A stretch of 64,000 nt of DNA from the NCBI GenBank assembly GCA_030867685.1, contig JAQOWU010000008.1, positions 2,480,001-2,544,000 of the forward strand, read 5' to 3'. The notes under the pieces were generated by a model. The model saw nothing but the letters and a program-made list of their open reading frames with translations. It was not told the DNA's origin and did no database searches. Below, one piece after another: positions 32,662 through 43,406 of this stretch. The stretch's first letter is position 1. The number at the start of each line of letters is the position of its first letter. The position numbers were made by a program, and so were the translations under genes. This DNA is from Wickerhamiella versatilis (Eukaryota).

Positions 32662-33190
32662 GGAGTCTACAGGGGTTGGCTTGAGATCCCATCAGTGAAG
32701 ACGTTGAAACTATCTATGACAGGAAGTGGGGTAAGTGTAAGCGTTGGATCACTCCTCTCCCCCTCACCACAGTCGTCTAATATAACTCTGAAGCCACATG
32801 CTGGTACTTTAATGATGGCAGGCATACATTCATTCTACTAGAATGCCATTATTACGCGAAATGCATTTTCTGCTATCCCAATTTTTTATACAACCTCTCA
32901 GCCCGTGATTCGGTTTTCATCGGACATAACCGGAAAAAACCGGGTAGAATCGAGACATGGCAAGGGCCAGTCGTAATGTCCAGATTATAATTATAGAAAA
33001 TTAAACATGATGTTCTTCTATTTGCGGACAATCTGCAATTCTGTTTAACATGACCTAAAGATTACAGGCGTGACTATCTATGAAGATAGACGCGAATCGT
33101 ATTGTACGTGCGAACACGGAGTGGTTAGGGCTGAAGAAATTGTCCAAGGATTTAATTACAAGCGTTGTTTTCTGAAACAATCTTGCAAAA

Positions 33191-33706
33191 ATGGCATTTA
33201 TCACTTGGGATGAATCTGTAGAAGCATCCAAGATCGTGGACATATTGGCAAAACGTGGCGAAACCATTGCTGTGGCGGAAAGTGCCTGTGGTGGCCTGAT
33301 AGCGAGCTACTTGGTATCTGTGCCAGGTGCCTCGAAGGTTTTTGTGGGTGGTACAACAACATACGCTCTCAAAAGTCGACTAAGACTGAGTGGTTGGTCG
33401 CAGAAGGACATTGATTCATACACAGGGCCATCTGAGGCAGTTGCCCAAAGATTAGCCAGAACACTGCGTGTTGAACTCGGTGCTACATATGCCCTCGGTG
33501 AAACTGGCTGGGCTAGCGAGTCCACGCATCCTGGCTGCGAGCCTGGGAAGGTTTACCTCTCAATTGCCGGTCTCAAAGATGGCGTCAAATCTACAGACTT
33601 GTCTACTGGTATAGTGGATAAAACTGCTAATATGGAGGCATTCGCAAGACATGCCGTTCGATTCCTTCGAAGCATCCTGCTGGAACTCGAGGCTCCGCGG
33701 GAATAG
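33191..33706 (+). CDS. CinA C-terminal / PncC (NMN deamidase)-like protein
   Basis: IAVAESACGGLIA...VPGASKVF.GG..TY and ETG.A...G.VY.SIAG motifs. Confidence 0.88.
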   Translation: MAFITWDESVEASKIVDILAKRGETIAVAESACGGLIASYLVSVPGASKVFVGGTTTYALKSRLRLSGWSQKDIDSYTGPSEAVAQRLARTLRVELGATYALGETGWASESTHPGCEPGKVYLSIAGLKDGVKSTDLSTGIVDKTANMEAFARHAVRFLRSILLELEAPRE

Positions 33707-33760
33707 GTAGAGGATTTAATTTGTGTTATTAATTTTACTTTAGTAATAGTTCAACCAGTA

Positions 33761-34117
33761 ATGTTCCGTTCTCTTGCGTTGCGCTCTGTTCGTCCAGCCG
33801 TTCGTCAAGCTGTTCAGCCAACCTTCATCCGCCCTGCTCTGGCCAGCGGTTTCGCCCCAAGGTTCCAGAGCACTCTTGCTCGCCCAGACATTGAGAAGCG
33901 GGTGCTTGCTGTGTTTGACTCCTATGCCCAAGGGTCTGACAAGCTCTCCCCATCGGCTTCTTTCCAGGACCTTGGCCTTGACTCTCTTGATGCTGTTGAG
34001 CTCATGGTTGCAGTAGAGGAGGAGTTCGGTATTGAGATCCCCGATAAGGAGTCCGACGAAATCAAGTCCGTTGGCGATGCTATCGATTATATTGCAGCCC
34101 AGCCGGAGGCCCGCTAG
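33761..34117 (+). CDS. ACP1: Mitochondrial acyl carrier protein
   Basis: Arg-rich presequence and [12 protein letters not shown] (phosphopantetheine Ser) followed by [10 protein letters not shown]. Confidence 0.97.
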   Translation: MFRSLALRSVRPAVRQAVQPTFIRPALASGFAPRFQSTLARPDIEKRVLAVFDSYAQGSDKLSPSASFQDLGLDSLDAVELMVAVEEEFGIEIPDKESDEIKSVGDAIDYIAAQPEAR

Positions 34118-34339
34118 ATTTTATGTCTTTTCTTAGAGCTACTTGGGTTATACGCAAGAAATATTTTCATATATTTCGACGCATGTAGATAGATAAGGCC
34201 GCTTTGCCTTCTCGGTCTAGGCCAGATTGCATTAACTTTAGTTATACAATATTGAAGATAGGCCAATTTTCATTTCTCTCTTGATGACCAACGGATCAGC
34301 CCGCTCCATCGCAAAAATACCCTTTAGCAACGGTTCTTT

Positions 34340-35353
34340 ATGTCCGATGCTGACTGTTCAATGACAGGTGAGAAGCCAGAGAAGTCCGCGGTCAAGGGCG
34401 ACACGCAGATTGTTGCCCCTGATAAGACGGATTATGTCGAATCTGACAGCAAACTCCTCGATGAGTATCCCCGTGATAGTGAAGAAATAGATGTCACCCA
34501 CATGAAGGTATCATCCGTGCGGGCCCTGGGTCTGAAGAGATTCCCCAATGTGAAATTTGTATGTTTTCGACAGAATTTAATATCCAGTCTGAAGGGTATT
34601 GAAGAATTGCCGGAAGATTTGGAGAGTCTGGACTTTTATGATAATCGTATAGGACATATGGATCATCGCCTCGAACATTTTGGCCCCCCCTTGACAAATC
34701 TCGATCTTAGCTTTAACAATATTCGTCACGTTCGGCACTTAGAGGGACTGGTGGGGTTGCGGGATTTATATCTCTGCCAGAATGACATTGGGCGGATACA
34801 AGGACTCGATACTCTTGTCAACTTGCGAAACCTGGAACTGGGTGCAAATTCAATTCGTGAAATCAAGGGTCTGGATAAGCTTGTGAATTTGGAGGAACTG
34901 TGGCTCGCACGCAATAAAATAACCAAGATTGAAGGTCTTGAGAAGTTAAAAAAATTGCGATTGCTCAGCATTCAAAGCAACCGAATATCAAAGATTGAAG
35001 GCCTTGAGGAGCTGGAAAACTTGGAGGAATTGTATATCAGTTACAATGATCTTGAACGTATTGAAGGTTTGGATAAGAATACCCATTTGCATACCCTGGA
35101 CATTTCTCACAACCGAATAGAGGAGTTGTCAGGTCTCGGGCATCTTGATAAGCTTGAAGAATTATGGTGCTCCTCAAATCGGTTGGCCGGCTTTACAAGT
35201 ATCGAGCGCGAACTTAAGCACCTGCCTGAATTTAATACAATCTATCTCGAGCACAATCCTTTGCAAAAGGCATCAGGACCCATGTATCGGAAAAAGGTAA
35301 TGCTTTCATTGGGTAAATCACTTAAACAAATTGACGCCACGCCTATAGTATAA
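34340..35353 (+). CDS. SDS22: PP1 regulatory subunit Sds22 (LRR)
   Basis: Tandem SDS22-type LRRs (LDFYDNRI, LDLSFNNI, LELGANSI, LSIQSNRI) and the LRR cap YLEHNP...YRKKV...QIDAT. Confidence 0.95.
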   Translation: MSDADCSMTGEKPEKSAVKGDTQIVAPDKTDYVESDSKLLDEYPRDSEEIDVTHMKVSSVRALGLKRFPNVKFVCFRQNLISSLKGIEELPEDLESLDFYDNRIGHMDHRLEHFGPPLTNLDLSFNNIRHVRHLEGLVGLRDLYLCQNDIGRIQGLDTLVNLRNLELGANSIREIKGLDKLVNLEELWLARNKITKIEGLEKLKKLRLLSIQSNRISKIEGLEELENLEELYISYNDLERIEGLDKNTHLHTLDISHNRIEELSGLGHLDKLEELWCSSNRLAGFTSIERELKHLPEFNTIYLEHNPLQKASGPMYRKKVMLSLGKSLKQIDATPIV

Positions 35354-35374
35354 ACCAATTAATTCAATAAAATT

Positions 35375-37060
35375 TCAGACCTCTGAAGCGGGGTCCACTA
35401 AAGTCTCTTCAACTAAATCCTCAATATATTCCTCGCGGGCAGAATCACGCTCCAGGCGATGCTCATCTTGGAAAGTTGATGCCACTATACATGCTATTGC
35501 CATTGTACTAACGAAAGCGAAAACTGCAATTTCAACCGTACGATAGCTAGCTGTGATAGCAGAAAGATATTTCTTAGGAACATCTTTAATGGCTTCAACG
35601 GACTTCATCAAATCATGTATAATACTTTCTGTTTCACCGTTATGAGGTAAGTTCTTCCTCAAAGCGGACGCAAGTACATTCTGAAGGATTGCTGCTGAGG
35701 CAGATATCCCGATTGACGACCCTGCCCCTCTAAAAGTGTACTGGGCAGCTGTGGTGGTTGCCTGAAGTTCGGGGGAAACAGCCGCTATCAGTGCTATAAG
35801 GGTTATTGTGAGCATCGATGCATATCCTACACCCTGTAGGAGAAACGCCAACCACTGGTACCATGTTTTTGTGGTAAGTGGAAACCATAGGGCGGTTCCC
35901 ACACTAAACATAGAGCTCGAACAAAGCATAGCAAATGAGGCCAAGATACCTGCTTTCCAGTACCTGCCCGTATGACGCATGTACAGGCCCGAACCTAGCG
36001 ATCCGGACGCCACGCCCACGAAGTTTATTAGGATGCAATGTGACACATTGGTATAATCGTAGCCATAAACGGCCTGCAGAAAGAGCGGTCCATAATAGAG
36101 AAAAGAATATGCCAGGGCAGACCCAAAGAAATTGGCGAGGCAGGCGCTCATCACGGTACGATGGCATATGACCTCAAGTGGCATTACAGGTTCAATTGCC
36201 TTACACAGTTCCCAATAGTAAAAGACGTATAACATACCGCCCGAGAGGATAAAAAATGACGCTATAGGGAGGCTGAACCACGCAAACTGGTTACCCCCTG
36301 TGGTAGTCCCTAGCATAAAGAAAAGTAACGCTGAAACAAGCGCGAAGGAGCCAACAATGTCAATTCTCTCGAGACTGTTACGCTTCACAGGGTGATCGAC
36401 ATGACTATCGCCTGTGACAATCTCTGAATCGCCTGCTTTTTTCTCGATCACCGCCAGCCATACAGCAATGGCACAGATTAATGCTAAGGGTACCTGCGCC
36501 TTAAAGGCCATACGCCATCCGCTAATCGAGGTAACCCATCCACCAAAGATACCACCTAAAGCTGCACCCGAGCCAAAACAAACATTCCCAATCCCTTGAA
36601 AGATCCCACGTTTGCGCAATGGGATATAGTCTGATACTGTAACGGTGGACATGGAAAGCATGCCACCGGCACCCACACCAGACACAAACCTTCCCGCAAT
36701 TAATGCAGGAAGTCCAGCCGCAACTCCGCACATAAGACAGCCAATACCAAACATTATAGTGCAAAAAACGCTAACATGCTTTCGGCCAAAAATATCAGAA
36801 AACTTGCCATAGAGGGGTTGAAAAGCCGAATATGCAACAGTGTATCCTGTTGCAATCCATGAAATGTTATCAAGCTGTCTAAGTTCGCTTGCAATGTGTC
36901 CCATCAATGTTGTAACAATCGTGGTATCCATTGCCGCTAGAACTACACCAGAATATAATGCAGAAAGAAGAATTACTAGCCTCCACGTCGATATCTCACT
37001 AGAACCATTAGCAGCACCAATTAGCGGTGTTTGTTCCGAGGTTACACCTCGATCCGACAT
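35375..37060 (-). CDS. 14-TM MFS transporter (DHA2 / Vba vacuolar basic amino-acid transporter-like)
   Basis: First ATG at 37060. N-terminal EQTPLI dileucine-like sorting motif, LAAMDTTIV, QPLYGKFSDIFGRK and SDYIPLRKRG. Confidence 0.9.
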   Translation of the reverse strand: MSDRGVTSEQTPLIGAANGSSEISTWRLVILLSALYSGVVLAAMDTTIVTTLMGHIASELRQLDNISWIATGYTVAYSAFQPLYGKFSDIFGRKHVSVFCTIMFGIGCLMCGVAAGLPALIAGRFVSGVGAGGMLSMSTVTVSDYIPLRKRGIFQGIGNVCFGSGAALGGIFGGWVTSISGWRMAFKAQVPLALICAIAVWLAVIEKKAGDSEIVTGDSHVDHPVKRNSLERIDIVGSFALVSALLFFMLGTTTGGNQFAWFSLPIASFFILSGGMLYVFYYWELCKAIEPVMPLEVICHRTVMSACLANFFGSALAYSFLYYGPLFLQAVYGYDYTNVSHCILINFVGVASGSLGSGLYMRHTGRYWKAGILASFAMLCSSSMFSVGTALWFPLTTKTWYQWLAFLLQGVGYASMLTITLIALIAAVSPELQATTTAAQYTFRGAGSSIGISASAAILQNVLASALRKNLPHNGETESIIHDLMKSVEAIKDVPKKYLSAITASYRTVEIAVFAFVSTMAIACIVASTFQDEHRLERDSAREEYIEDLVEETLVDPASEV

Positions 37061-37438
37061 CAGCAAATTGGATACTTAAGATAACCGCGTTGAGCTCACT
37101 AAGCAAGGCTCTGACCTGAAAGCCAGCTGCACGCTTCTCTGAGGGAGGTGGAGCTATGAGTCTATTTGAAAAAATCACAAATAGCAAGATTTGTTTACTT
37201 GAGAAATTTTTTTTTACTAGGAAGGGATACTTTAGTAGATTAGTGCTTTCATTCCACCCCATATTCACAATGCGCACCAACCCAATACATATACAGGCCC
37301 CAGATATATCATCACCCTGATATGCTTAAACCACGATAGTTTAGTTTGTACAGGCCGCAGACCTCCGAAATGAAATGCCACTCGTTACATACACCAATAA
37401 AACACGGTATTACTAATTAAGTCGTCCAATCACAAATA

Positions 37439-37684
37439 ATGGTTAACGGCACCTACCGATTCGCAGCGAAGTACAAGGAGCCTGTTGTCATCGGCCGTCA
37501 CCTTTCTCTGCCTGCTGCTGCGAGATGGGCGCCAACTTTGGCGTTGTGGGGCGGTGGAGCCCTCACCGCGGTCCTATTTATGGCGGATTCGATCCCTCTT
37601 TACCGCCAGAATATTCTCAGCAAGCTGCCGGTTGTTGGATCCTACTACGACGATTCTATAGACCCTGAGGACTCTCCCTTTTAA
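37439..37684 (+). CDS. QCR10: Cytochrome bc1 complex subunit 10
   Basis: 81 aa. WAPTLALWGG...F.DSIP.YRQNILSKLPVVG...IDPEDSPF. Confidence 0.88.
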   Translation: MVNGTYRFAAKYKEPVVIGRHLSLPAAARWAPTLALWGGGALTAVLFMADSIPLYRQNILSKLPVVGSYYDDSIDPEDSPF

Positions 37685-39310
37685 ATGGCATGTAAGTGTA
37701 TGTAGCTATCTTCCTTTTCCTGGTGGTTTTTCAAGCTGCAGCGGAACCCCGTTAATCTCAGTCTATGTGTGGCTAGCGTAGTTCTCCTGGGCTTCTGTCT
37801 ATATTGTAGCCAAGCAGAAATCCACTAGATTCGATCGCACTATAGTTTGTCTTAGCTCTGTCGAGTGTTCACAGAAAAAAGCAGCCCCGAGCCAGAAGGG
37901 CCTTATCTTAGACCAGTATCTTTTTCATAGGGTCCGGATCATATCACTAGGAGTAAATGCGTACAACAATATCACGGGAAGCATGTTACTGCGTCTATGC
38001 ACAAGTGCGATGCGCTGTTACTTGTGCCAAGCAGCAGCGAGTACTCTCTGATCGTTCCACTGCACGATAGTATACTGTCACATTTTGGGAAATAAGCAAC
38101 TATATTACAGAAATTTTATTTCATCAGTTTTTTCATCCTGGACTGAGAGGACGATTACGATTACCTGCTTACAATCTGCGATGACGTGAAGTGAACAAAA
38201 AAAGAGGTCTTATTTTCAACTTTTAGTAGGTTTTTTTTGTCCTCCTGTTAAACTAGAATGGCCCTCCATTATAATTTGGCATCGTTGAACCTTGGTAAGT
38301 ACACCTTTGTCGTCAAATGATAGTCCTTCACATATCTATATTAAGGTCGCATATATGTCTATCAACACGACAAAATACATATAGCTAGAAAGCATAATTA
38401 CCCTGCAAGTTATACCTCAAATTGCCACTATTTGAGCATAATCAACACTGCTCATGGGCAGCGGATACCCAAAAAAAAATTCTACAGTGTTCGATGCCAA
38501 TTGTTCAGGGAATTTTTGTCACCAGTCTGCATCCTGTACGCTGATGTCATCAGGACTACTTCTAAGCGAATGCTCAGAAAATCTAAAAGATTCGTTGGAT
38601 TACAAATGAAGCGAGAAGTACTTGGTGCCTCTCGTGTTAGTGGATATGCATGCGCTTAGGCCATGAGCAGCCTTTGTTAAGGTTTGGTTGCTTTAGGGGC
38701 ATTTATTATGGCCACAGCAGTGCTATTTCCTAGCCAGAGAACCATTATCAGGATTTTTTTCAGTAAGTTAGCAGTGATTCAAATACTTTCTCATGCACCA
38801 CGCAGATCTATCAATGATGAGAAAGAAAACCTTCAGTCTTCAACATGAGCTTTCTAACTAAGATATACATGTCAAAAAACTGACCACGTGGCAGTTCGGG
38901 TCGAGCGGGGTCCTCTTATAGTTGCTACGGGAATTTGCCGCTCAACCCGGTACATATTTAGTTGTAATTAAGTGTTCCTAGAGGTAATAACCAGATTTAA
39001 ACAAAGCATAAAATGAATTCCAACGAGTTCAACGCGGCTCCAGCAACTCGCCGCTTGGATCTGGTTCTGATTGTCTCATCAGGTTAAGGGTTCGCAATAA
39101 GCGAATTGCTCGGTTTGAGGGTAACCGTCGCATGAGCCGAAAAAAATCAGAAAGTTGAAGTAGCGCATGTTTGTAGTGGATTATAGAGTAGTAACGTACT
39201 CCGTATACTATTACTATCAATATTATTTTTTTTCACTTATTCCAGTCCGCTAATAGCCTCTTATGAGGCAAACTTTACTCTCCTCTCGTACTAAGAGTAG
39301 TTAGGTTTAG

Positions 39311-40399
<1,089 letters not shown>

Positions 40400-40594
40400 G
40401 CTATTGTTATTTAGTAGTTTTCATAGTGATCTATTTCTAAAACAAAATTCATGTTCATTTAAAATACTTTGTTAATATGTGCTTTGCATTGTTGTACATT
40501 GGCTTGTCTTTGGAAGTTCTTTGTATCAGAGGTGTAAGCCCGACAATAAACATTGGAATAAGAGTTCCTGACTAATAAGGGGCTTCAAATCTTG

Positions 40595-41198
40595 ATGGGT
40601 AGGTGTTACTTGCCACGCTGGGGGCACACGATATTGGCAGAACTAACTATAAGGTAACGTTTTTAGTAGCCTATTTTCCAGGCTATGGAATTCAAAAAAG
40701 GAGCATCGGGTGTTGATACTCGGGCTGGACGGTGCGGGTAAGACCACGATTCTCTATAGAATGCATCTTGGGGAAGTGGTGTGCACCGTACCAACAATAG
40801 GTTTCAACGTGGAAACAATGGTTTACAAAAATCTGCAGTTCAACGTCTGGGATCTCGGTGGTCAGACAACTATTCGGCCGTATTGGCGCTGCTATTACAC
40901 GGGAACCGATGCTGTTATTTTTGTTGTTGATTCCCTGGATAAAGACCGCCTCGAAATATGCTCGTCAGAACTTCACCAGATGCTTAAAGAGGACGAGCTG
41001 TCCGAGTCAGCCCTCTTGGTTTTTGCAAACAAACAAGATCAGCCGGGTGCGCTGAAGTCTGAGGAAATCACAAAGGCTCTCAAATTACCGTCGCTGCGGG
41101 ATCGTTCGTGGACTATTGTGCCGTGCTCTGCCATCCGCGGAGATGGTCTGAGCGAGGGCCTGGACTGGTTAGTAGATGTTATAACTAACCAAGAGTGA
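40595..41198 (+). CDS. ARL1: ARF-like GTPase Arl1 (exons 40595-40598 and 40654-41198)
   Basis: Splicing restores [33 protein letters not shown] (myristoylated Gly2). [16 protein letters not shown] and NKQD motifs. 182 aa. Confidence 0.93.
40599..40653 (+). other. Spliceosomal intron, 55 nt
   Basis: 5' GTAGGT, branch AACTAAC (40641-40647), 3' AAG. Removal joins ATG-G to GT-AAC in frame with the GTPase ORF. Confidence 0.88.
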
Positions 41199-41569
41199 CC
41201 TTTGGGTGTAGGGAGATCATTTATTTATTCCACGCCATGTTGTTATGAATACAGAAATGGTAGGGTAGTTTTATTAGAATCCCTATTTGAATATAATTGC
41301 AAACATATAGCAAAGCGATATATCTCATGCGCCAACCGCTATATGAGCGATAGTTAGTTTTTGTACTTTATAGCGCACCTCTCAACTTAGCTAGCGGTTC
41401 TCTGGCATTCTGCTTAAAACCGGCATTCATCTGGTCAATCCTAATTCTATTTTCGTGCCACCACATCTCAGGAATGCAAGTGTTATCTATGTCATTCGTG
41501 ACAATACCTGAAGCAAGATACGTTATTCTGAATACCTGCTATGGGCTCAACATATAGTTTGCCACGCCT

Positions 41570-41599
41570 CTTATCCCTGATAAACTTATCCCTGATAAA
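41570..41599. repeat. Perfect 15-bp tandem duplication CTTATCCCTGATAAA x2 (inverted GATA pairs) in the catalase promoter
   Basis: Units read at 41570-41584 and 41585-41599. Confidence 0.9.
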
Positions 41600-41751
41600 A
41601 TCATTGATAATATTGGATGTTAGTTTATTAGCCAATAGTCTTTAGGTTAATATTGATCACGCTGCAAGTTTGCGTCTCTGACAAATCTCCTCCTTACCCC
41701 ATTAAGCATTATCTTTGCTGGCCTTTTGACTGTCAAGAAATTTCATAACTA

Positions 41752-43215
41752 ATGTCGCCCCAGCCTACGTATACGACCTCCAACGGATGTCCGGTTTTCA
41801 ATCCTTACTCGTCACAGCAGATTGGCACGCCAGGTCCTCTACTCCTGCAAGATCATCATTTGCTTGACCTTATGGCACATTTTGATCGAGAGAGAATCCC
41901 AGAGCGGGTGGTCCATGCAAAGGGCTCAGGTGCCTTCGGTGAATTCGAATGCACGGATGATGTGTCTGACCTTACATGCGCGAAGTTTTTAACCAAAGGG
42001 ACAAAGACCCCACTGCTCACCCGGTTTTCTACAGTGGGTGGTGAGCAGGGCTCTCCTGATACAGCGCGCGATCCTCGTGGATTTAGTGTCAAGCTTTATA
42101 CCGAGGAAGGTATAATTGATTGGGTTTACAACAATACACCAGTATTTTTTATTCGTAACCCTAGTAAGTTTCCTCTTTTCATTCATACTCAGAAGCGCAA
42201 CCCACAGACGGGTCGAAAGGATGCGAACATGTTTTGGGATTTCCTTGTGAACAATCCGGAGTCTCTGCACCAAGTTATGGTTCTGATGAGTGACCGAGGC
42301 ACGCCTGCGTCTTTCCGCCATCAGCATGGCTACTCGGGTCATACCTATAAATGGGTTAAGGAAGATGGTTCGTTTGTTTACGTCCAGATTCATTTGCTTT
42401 CTGACCTTGGATTTAAGACCATTTCAAATGAGGAATCAGTGAAGAGGGCTGGTGAGAATCCTGATTGTGATCGTGAGGATCTGTTTGAATCGATCAAGAA
42501 CGGAAACTATCCTACTTGGACATGCTATGTCCAAACAATGACTCCAGAGCAGGCTGAAAAGCTTGACTTCTCGGTATTTGATCTCACTAAAGTTTGGCCC
42601 AAGAAAGACTTCCCTTTGCGAAGATTTGGTCGTTTCACGTTGAACAAGAACCCAAGCAATTTCTTTGCCGAGGTCGAACAGGCTGCTTTCTCTCCATCGA
42701 ACACAGTCCCAGGCTGGGAGCCTAGTGCTGATCCTGTCCTCCAGTCTCGGCTTTTCTCGTATCCAGATACGCACCGTCACCGATTGGGTCCAAACTTTTT
42801 CCAGATTCCTGTCAATAGATGCCCAGTTGCTCATAATCCGTTCATTAGAGATGGCTTTATGAGTGTCGATGGAAACTATGGTTCTGAGCCTAACTACCCC
42901 TCTTCGTTCTATCCCTTGGCCTACAAGAAGAGCGCGGCGAATCCGGGAGTTTCGGGCTCTCAACATGAGGTATGGTCAGCCACTGCGTCTACATTCCACT
43001 GGGCCGACGATGGTGACTACCGTCAACCGGCGGCTCTATGGAATGTATTGAAGAATACTGGTCAGGATGAAGCTCTGATCCACAATGTTTCTGGTCATGC
43101 ATCGGCAGCGCACCCGGACATGCAAAGGAAAGTATGCGAATATTTCGGTAAGGCATCTCCTGAGATTGCAAATCGACTAGCTAAAGCTCTAGGTGTGAGC
43201 ACCGAAAGACTATAA
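41752..43215 (+). CDS. CTA1: Small-subunit heme catalase (catalase A type)
   Basis: FDRERIPERVVHAKG, RFSTVGGE, RDPRGF and RLFSYPDTHRHRLG. Confidence 0.96.
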   Translation: MSPQPTYTTSNGCPVFNPYSSQQIGTPGPLLLQDHHLLDLMAHFDRERIPERVVHAKGSGAFGEFECTDDVSDLTCAKFLTKGTKTPLLTRFSTVGGEQGSPDTARDPRGFSVKLYTEEGIIDWVYNNTPVFFIRNPSKFPLFIHTQKRNPQTGRKDANMFWDFLVNNPESLHQVMVLMSDRGTPASFRHQHGYSGHTYKWVKEDGSFVYVQIHLLSDLGFKTISNEESVKRAGENPDCDREDLFESIKNGNYPTWTCYVQTMTPEQAEKLDFSVFDLTKVWPKKDFPLRRFGRFTLNKNPSNFFAEVEQAAFSPSNTVPGWEPSADPVLQSRLFSYPDTHRHRLGPNFFQIPVNRCPVAHNPFIRDGFMSVDGNYGSEPNYPSSFYPLAYKKSAANPGVSGSQHEVWSATASTFHWADDGDYRQPAALWNVLKNTGQDEALIHNVSGHASAAHPDMQRKVCEYFGKASPEIANRLAKALGVSTERL

Positions 43216-43406
43216 ACTATCAAGTAGATATATAGTTGAATTGTTTTACTTCCAGATTAATTTTTTTTTCATTCCGTCAGAAGATGAGTTTCATCAGGAA
43301 GCTAATTAAACAACCTATTTTACGATTCCAATCTGGAAATAGGAATATGGCTTACTACTAATAACGACGGTAAATTTAAATAAAGTGGCATTTCCGGAAG
43401 ACAGTA

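Noticed and set aside
12281-33706. PNC1, CinA-like, URA4, TAL1 and cysteine synthase as bacterial horizontal transfers
   Set aside because: The sequences look like ordinary fungal family members with no compositional anomaly. A phylogeny would be needed, so no HGT is claimed.
38814-38883. ATGATGA...CTGA spacing like a C/D snoRNA
   Set aside because: No terminal stem and no recognisable rRNA-complementary guide; likely chance in AT-rich DNA.
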